DNA from: a virus
Taxonomy: Duplodnaviria > Caudoviricetes
Length of the DNA stretch: 64,000 bases
Strand: one strand, 5' to 3'
IMG/VR virus record: IMGVR_UViG_2558860984_000001
Span: 32,001 to 96,000 of that record
Shown here piece by piece: positions 57,819 through 64,000 of this stretch. How positions within the stretch are numbered: position 1 is the first letter of the stretch; the number at the start of each line of letters is the position of its first letter. A program made the translations under genes and the position numbers. The notes under the pieces were generated by a model. The model did no database searches, was not told the DNA's origin, and was given only the letters and a program-made list of their open reading frames with translations.

Positions 57819-58415
57819 ATGATGCCGCTATCACCGTTGTCCGTGCACGACCTCACCGAGGCCGTTCTTGCGTGCGTGTGCGCCCACCTGGAGGAGACCG
57901 CCGCGCAGACCGAGGGACAGCCCGGCTGCCCCTGCCGTACGTGCGTCGTGCCCGGCGCTGTCGCCTTCGACTCGTGCGAAGACCCGTGCAGCGGTGAAGC
58001 CGGCGGCCAACTCACCGTCAGCCTCGCCCGCCTCTACCCGGCGTCGCCAAGCGACTTCCCCGCCGAGGACCGCACGGTGCGCGGGCTGCGAGGCTGTCCC
58101 GGCATCTCACTGAACGCAGCTGAACTCATCGTCACGCTGCTGCGCTGCGCTCCGATCGGTGACGACAACGGCTGCCCACCAACGTGCGAGGAACTGGCCG
58201 CCGCCGCCCGCGTCATGCACATCGATGCCGTGACCGTGCAGACGGCGCTGCTGTGCTGCTTTCCGGCTACTGCGCCATCTCGCCGAGGGCGCCGCTTCGT
58301 CCTCGGGCCCCAGCGCACCATCGGCCCCCAGGGCGGCTGCGTCGGGGTCGAGCAGCGGGTGACGATCGCGCTGCCCGGTTGCGCTTCGTGCCCTGGGGAG
58401 GACAGCCCGAGTTGA
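57819..58415 (+). CDS. tail terminator-like protein
   Basis: Cys-rich; LRCAP, GPQGGCVG; position after adaptor. Confidence 0.7.
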   Translation: MMPLSPLSVHDLTEAVLACVCAHLEETAAQTEGQPGCPCRTCVVPGAVAFDSCEDPCSGEAGGQLTVSLARLYPASPSDFPAEDRTVRGLRGCPGISLNAAELIVTLLRCAPIGDDNGCPPTCEELAAAARVMHIDAVTVQTALLCCFPATAPSRRGRRFVLGPQRTIGPQGGCVGVEQRVTIALPGCASCPGEDSPS

Positions 58416-58494
58416 CAGGCGCGCCGCTGCCAACATGCTCCCCCGGCCCGATCCCGGGCGGGGCCCGCACACGCCAGGGAAGGAGGGAAGCAAG

Positions 58495-58563
58495 ATGATC
58501 GTTCTGAACGAGGTGCTGACCAACGTGCTCCAGTACGCCGTGATCTTCGTCGACGTCCTGTAA
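58495..58563 (+). CDS. 22-aa hydrophobic peptide
   Basis: AAGGAGG RBS; MIVLNEVLTNVLQYAVIFVDVL*; followed by hairpin 58572-58602. Confidence 0.45.
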   Translation: MIVLNEVLTNVLQYAVIFVDVL

Positions 58564-58619
58564 GGGCGCCGGGCCCCGCGGCCGCGGCCGGGCTGCGGGG
58601 CCACCGACGCGCAGGCGTC

Positions 58620-58856
58620 TCAGAACAAGGCTGGCTCGGCGCCGTGGGGCGTGAGGTCGAGGAGGAGCTGCAGCGCGCTGGGCAGCGGACTGAGGGGAAC
58701 GGTATCCAGACTCCCAGGGCAGGAGACGAGGGAACCCATGAAGGAGCGGTGCATGCCGGGCTCGTCGTGGCGGCGTAGCCGGACCCGGCCTGTGGTGACC
58801 GGATCGCCGGCTATCGGGCGCCCGCAGCGCGGGCATTGGGCACGTGGTAGGCGCAT
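58620..58856 (-). CDS. small zinc-ribbon hypothetical protein
   Basis: CPRCGR...RRH...CPGS. Confidence 0.6.
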   Translation of the reverse strand: MRLPRAQCPRCGRPIAGDPVTTGRVRLRRHDEPGMHRSFMGSLVSCPGSLDTVPLSPLPSALQLLLDLTPHGAEPALF

Positions 58857-58922
58857 GGGCAGGATTTTGCCCGCTATGGTCTGATCAACTCAGGTGGTTT
58901 GTCCTGCCGCGAGGAGGCTGTG

Positions 58923-59276
58923 ATGTCGGTTCGGGTGAGCATCGACCGCGCGGCGCTCCGCCGCGCTGTGGCCGGCCGTGGCGGCTACCTGGAGAACGTC
59001 ACCGACCGGGCGGCGCGCAACGCCCGCCAGCTGGCGCCGGGCTCCATGCCGAGCCAGATCACCTCACGGGTCGAGGGCGAGACGGGCATCGTCACGAGCC
59101 ACCACCCGGCCAGCACCTTCGTCGTGTTCGGGACCCGGCCGCACCGGATCGTGGCGCGGCGTGCCAAGGCGCTGCGGTTCGAGGTCGGCGGGCGGACGGT
59201 GTTCGCGAAGTCCGTCAACCACCCCGGGACGCGGCCGAACAACTTCCTCATGGAAGCGGCTCGTGCGGCCCTGTGA
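58923..59276 (+). CDS. tail-completion / neck protein (HK97 gp10-like)
   Basis: GAGGAGG RBS; FGTRPH.I...KALRF...VNHPGTRPNNFL. Confidence 0.8.
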   Translation: MSVRVSIDRAALRRAVAGRGGYLENVTDRAARNARQLAPGSMPSQITSRVEGETGIVTSHHPASTFVVFGTRPHRIVARRAKALRFEVGGRTVFAKSVNHPGTRPNNFLMEAARAAL

Positions 59277-59438
59277 TCGGGAAATCTCGGCTCGCTCCCC
59301 GGACTTCGGGTAGCGTGCTGGTATCCGCCTTGGGCGATGCCCGGCGGTTCTCTACGCTGATGGCCGCGGGCCTGGCGATGAGACTTCTTGGTCGCGTGTG
59401 CCGACCGACGCGAAGCTAGCCAGAGAGGTCCGTCCCCC

Positions 59439-59999
59439 ATGCGTAAGATCCCGACGCTGTTCGTCCGTGACCCCGATGACCTTCGCCGTGTGCTGCCGGA
59501 GGCCACGCCAGGGTGCGAATGGGTCCTCGCTGGCGAGGGCGTCCCAACCCGCAAGTACGACGGGACGTGCGTGATGCTCGACGCCTCGGGAGAGTGGTGG
59601 GCGCGCCGCGAGGTCAAGCCCGGGAAGGCCGCGCCGGACCGCTTCGTCCAGGTCGACCACGATCCGGTCACGGGTAAGTCGGTGGGCTGGGAGCCGATCA
59701 GCCAGTCGGCCTTCGCGAAGTTCCACGCCGAGGCGGTCGCCGACGTTTCGGCTGTGTTCGAGCCCGGCACCTACGAGCTGATTGGCCCGAAGATCAACGG
59801 GAATCCGGAGGGTGAAGGGCACCACCGGCTCCGGCCGCATGCGTCCGCGCAGCGCCTGGAGGTCGCGGAGCGTTCCTTCGACGGCATCCGGGAGGCCGTG
59901 CTGACGCTGCGGGCGGTCGACGGTGCGGAGGGTGTGGTGTTCCACCACCCTGACGGGCGCATGGCGAAGATCAAGGCGCGCGACTTCCGCGTGCTCTGA
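59439..59999 (+). CDS. ATP-dependent RNA ligase-like protein (DUF5565/Rlig1-like)
   Basis: TRKYDGT (motif I), TYELIGPKINGNP, EGVVF, MAKIK. Confidence 0.8.
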   Translation: MRKIPTLFVRDPDDLRRVLPEATPGCEWVLAGEGVPTRKYDGTCVMLDASGEWWARREVKPGKAAPDRFVQVDHDPVTGKSVGWEPISQSAFAKFHAEAVADVSAVFEPGTYELIGPKINGNPEGEGHHRLRPHASAQRLEVAERSFDGIREAVLTLRAVDGAEGVVFHHPDGRMAKIKARDFRVL

Positions 60000-60118
60000 C
60001 TCCCGACCCTCCGGGTCAGGCAACAGAGGTCCTTCGCTGCTGGTCACGGGCCGGGCGGAGGGCCTTCTGCTGCTCGGCTCGGGCTCGTCTGTCCTCTTCG
60101 TCGAGCAGGATGTGCCGC

Positions 60119-60545
60119 ATGGCGCGCCCCACTGGAACCGCCGATGTCGTTCCGCTGTCCCGGTTCACGTGGCGGACCCAAGCCGTCCTCGACGTGCTCC
60201 TCGACGGGGTGTGACCCAGCGCGGGAGGTGTGGCCGGGGCTGGTGGACCGGTACTGGCGAAGGCAGTTGGTCAGCGGTCCGATCCTCAAGCGGCTGGCCC
60301 GATTGGGCTGACTGGAGATCCGCCGGGAGCCGGACGGGGACGACGGCGCGCCGGGACGGCTGCTGTACCGGCTCACGGCCGGTGGCGAGCGGCTGGCGCG
60401 TGAGGCGGCCGGGCAGGCGGTGGTGTGGCCGGCTCGGGTGGACCGTGGATGTCCAGATACAGAGCCGCTGTATCTAGAGACCGTCGAGTATCCGCGCGGG
60501 CTGATCACGTATGTGCTTGCCGTCGCCCTGGACGAGCGGGCTTGA
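60119..60545 (+). pseudogene. PadR-like regulator pseudogene
   Basis: TQAVLDVLL / DPAREVW...PILKRLARLG*LEIRRE...GRLLYRLTAGG; frameshift near 60210 and in-frame TGA at 60309. Confidence 0.6.
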
Positions 60546-60798
60546 GCCAATGAAGTTGGTGCGCCAGCTGCTGCCGCCGGATCGCCTGTTCCCTGCGGCC
60601 GGGCCGGAGGCTGCAGCCTTGGCGCTGCGGATGCTCGGTGCGCGGCCGGGTAGCGGCGTGGAGGAGACGGTCACCGCCCTGTTCGACGGCAGCTGACCGC
60701 AGCCGGTGCGCCGTACGGCCGCGCTGAGAGCTGGCTACTCTGGTTGGTGACGTTGCTGGTGCTAGGCCGGACGTGGCCGCCCTCGCCAGGAGCACCTG

Positions 60799-61230
60799 AT
60801 GCGTCGTTCCTTCGCCCTCGCCACCGAGCCGCACACCGCCGACATCGGCGGCACCGAACTGGAGTTCCAGCCTGAGATCCCCGCAGACGAGTTCCTCGAC
60901 GCCTACGAACGGGTTCGGGAAGCATCGCAGGCGGCGACAACGCCGGAGTCGGTGACGACCGATCAACTCCGCGACGCCAACCGCGCGGTCCGCGAGTTCC
61001 TGGGCGACCTGATGCTGCCGGAGTCGGCCCAGGTCTTCGCGGAGATGCGGCTGCCCTCGCGCGTCTACGCCGAGCTGCTGGAGTGGGTCCTGGAGCTGTA
61101 CGGCGGCGGGGCGTCGGGGGAGCGCCCTACTGGGTCGTCCAGCGCCTCTGCGCCGCCGTCGCGGAGGGCTGGGACGAGTGGGAGGGGAGCCTCGCCCTCG
61201 AAGGGGTCACCCCGCGGGCGTGGTCGCTGA
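60799..61230 (+). CDS. tail assembly chaperone (short form)
   Basis: AGGAG RBS; before tape measure; EWVLELYG...RPT end. Confidence 0.8.
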   Translation: MRRSFALATEPHTADIGGTELEFQPEIPADEFLDAYERVREASQAATTPESVTTDQLRDANRAVREFLGDLMLPESAQVFAEMRLPSRVYAELLEWVLELYGGGASGERPTGSSSASAPPSRRAGTSGRGASPSKGSPRGRGR

Positions 61231-61463
61231 GGACGCTGCTGTCCGCGGCTGAGCAGGCGATGATGCGGGCTGCGACGGACGACGCCGACCGTGAGCGGCA
61301 GCGCACCCGGTTGTACGCGCCGCCGCACGGCGCCGAACTCCGCGGCCGGCGTGGTGCCCGCCGCGGGGCCGGAGGGATCCCGGGTGGGGTGAGTCACGGC
61401 CAGGCGCAGGCGCTCATCGCGCAGCTGGCGGCCGAGGACACCCGGTACGGCGGCGGTGTGTAG
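61123..61463 (+). CDS. tail assembly chaperone -1 frameshift extension
   Basis: -1 frame ORF PYWVVQRLC...RLYAPP opens at CGCCCTAC (61123-61130) and ends before the tape measure gene. Confidence 0.65.
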
Positions 61464-61564
61464 AGCTGCTCGGGATGGGTGTGTGCGCCGGATACCCTGA
61501 GTACGACGTACGACGCTGCTGGCGGTAGGCCGGGCCCCGCGAATTTCCGCGAGGCGGTGGGCCG

Positions 61565-64000
61565 GTGGCAGATGGCGAGCTGGCAGGCGCCGCCCACATC
61601 CGCATCGAGCTGGATGACAGCGGCCTGGACACTGCCGGTCGGCGTGCCGGTGAGCGGGCCGGGCGCGACTTCGAGCAGGCGCTCAACCGGGCGGGCCAGC
61701 GCAGTGCACGCAGGATGCGGCGCATCCTGCAGAACGCGGCACGTGACCTGACGGTCCGGGTGCGGGTCGAGCCGGACCTGAGCCGCCTGGGCAGTGTCAC
61801 CGTCCCGGTCGAGCCGGACGTCAGCCTGTTCATGGCGCGGCTGCGTTCGGCGCTGGCTGATGAGGAGGTTGCGATCCGGGTCGTCCCAGACCTGGATCGT
61901 TTTGACTCCGCCCTGCTGTCCGGGCTGTCGAGCCTGACCAGCATCAACATTCCTGTCGAGCCGGACACAACGTTCTTCGTGGCGCGGTTGCAGGACGCGC
62001 TCGTCGGCGAGCAGGTCGCTATCGAGGTCATCCCGGACCTTTCCGGCTTCGATGCGCGGCTGCGCACGGTGTTGGCGAGTATGCCCGCGGTCGAGATTCC
62101 GGTCCGGCCGAACGCAGCGCTCTTCCGCCAGTGGCTGGCGAACGATCTGCGTGGTCTGGCGGCGGTTGAGGTTCCGGTCAGCCCAGATATGACCGGGCTC
62201 GATGCGCAGGTTCGTGCTCACCGGGCGCCAGCTATCGGGGTATCGGTGGATGCGGATCCGGCCGGGCTGGACCGGATGTCGGCGTCGTTGGAGAGGCTGG
62301 GATCGGTCCTCGGGATCACTGCCCGCGTCACGGCCCTGACGCTGGCCCTTGGGCTCCTCGGTGGCGCCGCCGCAGCGTCGGCCGCGTCGCTCATCGGCGT
62401 CGGTGCCGCGCTCGCTCCTGCCGCCGGGATCCTGGCTGCGTTCCCGGCGGCGGTTCTTGGTGCCTCGGCCGCGCTCGGCGCGCTGCGCCTGGCGACGTTG
62501 GGTGTCAGCGAGGCGTTCGAGGCCGCGCTCACCGGCGACGCCGAGGAATTCGAGGAGGCCCTGGAGGGTCTGAGCCCAGCGGCGCGGGCGGCGGCCCGGG
62601 AAGTGCGGGCGCTCACGCCGGAGTTCCAGCGGCTCCGGTCAGCGGTTCAGGACGCGTTCTTCTCGCGCATCGAGGGCGACATCACCCGTGTCGCCGAAGC
62701 CCTGGGCGGACCGCTGCGCCGCGGACTGCGGGAGATCGCAGCGGATTGGGGGGTTGCCGCATCGGCCGCGGCCGGCTTCCTGGCTTCGACGCAGGGCGTC
62801 ACCCGTATCTCGCAGGTCCTCGCGGGCACCCAGCGGGTCACCGGCGCCCTCGCGGGCGAGGTCCGCGGGCTGGTCGCCGGGTTCCTCAACCTCGCCGGCG
62901 CCATCAGCCGGGCGTTCGGTGCCCGAGCGGCGACCGCGCTCGGCGATCTCGCAGGAGGGCTCGGCGACTTCCTCAACCGCATCGCCAACTCCGGGCAGGC
63001 GGTCGCATGGGTCGACGACGCCGTCTTCACTTTCCGGCAGCTCGGCGCTGTCATCTCGAACGTCGCCAGCATCATCGGGTCCGTCTTCCAGGCGGCCAAC
63101 GCCGCTGGCGGTGATGTTCTCGGCGTCCTGGGGAGCCTGACCGGCGAGGCTGCGCGGTTCCTGAACACCGCGGAGGGCTCTGGCGCCCTCGTCGGCGTCT
63201 TCGAGACCCTCGCCGCGGTCGGAGCCGCGCTGGGGCCGATCCTGACGGAGCTGGTCACGCAGATCGGAGCCCTCGCACCAGCGTTCGTACCGATCATCCA
63301 GGCCCTCGGCCCGGCGCTCACCCGGGTCCTGGCCGCCCTGGGCCCCGCCCTACAGGCGGTCATGCCCGGCCTCCAGGCCATCGCCGCCGGGCTCGCCGAC
63401 GGGCTGGGCGCCCTCGGCCCGGCGCTGCAGCCCCTCGGCGCGGCCCTCGGCCAGGCGCTCGCTGCACTGGCGCCGCTGCTGCCCCTGCTGGGGGAGTTCG
63501 CCGCGTTCGTCGGGACCGCCCTGACCGGCTCGCTGGGGGTCCTGACCGCTGCGCTCTCCCCGGTCATCGACGCGCTCGCCAGCTCGTTCGCCCCGGTGAT
63601 CCGGCAGCTCGTGCCGATCCTTCGGCAGATGACAGCTGCTGCCATGCCGCTGGCCGCAGCGTTCGGGCAGAGTCTCGCGTTGGCCCTACAGCAGCTCCTG
63701 CCCCCGGTACTGGAGCTGATCCCGCAGCTGCTCACGGGGCTGCTACCTGCGTTCCAGCAGCTCGTCGCGGCGATCGTGCCGCTTCTCCCGCTGCTCGCCG
63801 AGCTGGTGGTGGTTGCCCTGCAGCCGGTGATCGCGGTGCTGCCGCAGGCGATCACCCTGTTCGTCGCGCTGGTCAACGGGCTCACCCCGCTGCTGCACCT
63901 GCTGAACCAGATCCTGCCGCCGGCGCTCCGCTTCTACACCGCGGTGTTGGGATGGGTGAACATGCAGGTCGTCGTCCCGGCGCTGAGGTTGATTGTCGGG
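61565..64000 (+). CDS. tape measure protein, N-terminal part (runs off window)
   Basis: GTG start after GAGG; open to window end; G.AHIRIELD N-terminus, LSPAARAAA..VQDAFF, Leu/Pro/Ala amphipathic repeats. Confidence 0.9.
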   Translation, partial: MADGELAGAAHIRIELDDSGLDTAGRRAGERAGRDFEQALNRAGQRSARRMRRILQNAARDLTVRVRVEPDLSRLGSVTVPVEPDVSLFMARLRSALADEEVAIRVVPDLDRFDSALLSGLSSLTSINIPVEPDTTFFVARLQDALVGEQVAIEVIPDLSGFDARLRTVLASMPAVEIPVRPNAALFRQWLANDLRGLAAVEVPVSPDMTGLDAQVRAHRAPAIGVSVDADPAGLDRMSASLERLGSVLGITARVTALTLALGLLGGAAAASAASLIGVGAALAPAAGILAAFPAAVLGASAALGALRLATLGVSEAFEAALTGDAEEFEEALEGLSPAARAAAREVRALTPEFQRLRSAVQDAFFSRIEGDITRVAEALGGPLRRGLREIAADWGVAASAAAGFLASTQGVTRISQVLAGTQRVTGALAGEVRGLVAGFLNLAGAISRAFGARAATALGDLAGGLGDFLNRIANSGQAVAWVDDAVFTFRQLGAVISNVASIIGSVFQAANAAGGDVLGVLGSLTGEAARFLNTAEGSGALVGVFETLAAVGAALGPILTELVTQIGALAPAFVPIIQALGPALTRVLAALGPALQAVMPGLQAIAAGLADGLGALGPALQPLGAALGQALAALAPLLPLLGEFAAFVGTALTGSLGVLTAALSPVIDALASSFAPVIRQLVPILRQMTAAAMPLAAAFGQSLALALQQLLPPVLELIPQLLTGLLPAFQQLVAAIVPLLPLLAELVVVALQPVIAVLPQAITLFVALVNGLTPLLHLLNQILPPALRFYTAVLGWVNMQVVVPALRLIVG

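Larger units (their letters stand above)
37077..61535 (+). repeat. dispersed late-region hairpin motif GCTGGY-NNYRG-GCCG (8 copies)
   Basis: 37077-37099, 43848-43868, 49134-49156, 55369-55389, 55405-55425, 60028-60064, 60750-60774, 61515-61535; all on + strand and in gene leaders or intergenic gaps. Confidence 0.8.
2455..64000. mobile_element. Streptomyces-type phage-plasmid / prophage (boundaries not visible)
   Basis: Rep-like, Spd-like, GntR and ParB plasmid genes contiguous with a siphovirus-type head-tail module. Confidence 0.8.

Noticed and set aside
59280-59430. Possible tRNA or structured RNA in the gap before the RNA ligase
   Set aside because: No cloverleaf or T-loop consensus found by eye; no repeat support.
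61760-62260. V(E/V)PD repeats in the tape measure N-terminus
   Set aside because: Degenerate protein repeats are ordinary for tape measure proteins.

Overview
High-GC, Streptomyces-like DNA that reads as one large temperate phage-plasmid hybrid. From left to right: (1) the 3' end of a lasso-peptide cluster (B2-type peptidase fragment plus an ABC exporter); (2) a leftward HTH replication-initiator-like gene and a small repressor, divergent from a Streptomyces plasmid spread/transfer-type operon (Spd-like membrane proteins, NERD nuclease, GntR regulator); (3) an early/leading-like region of small cassettes with their own AT-rich promoters and operators, plus DUF3560, ParB and a dense DNA-modification block (N6-MTase, DUF488, C5-MTase, PAPS-reductase-family protein, intein-containing atypical adenine MTase, ParB-like protein); (4) a long-tailed (siphovirus-like) virion module: TerS, TerL, portal, a MuF-2H phosphodiesterase-protease fusion, hexamer and pentamer capsid proteins, Cys-rich decoration proteins, nitroreductase, GT2-like and Stealth-like enzymes, tail tube, adaptor, terminator, RNA ligase, frameshifted tail chaperone, and a tape measure gene running off the right edge. 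No integrase, TraB/FtsK, tRNA, rRNA or CRISPR array was recognised. The most notable unexplained structure is three region-specific families of repeated hairpins, especially an 8-copy covarying GCUGGY-NNYRG-GCCG hairpin in the late region, and a candidate virion (phospho)glycosylation system with acidic Ser-Pro motifs shared among structural proteins. All product calls come from motif recognition by eye; no database searches were run.
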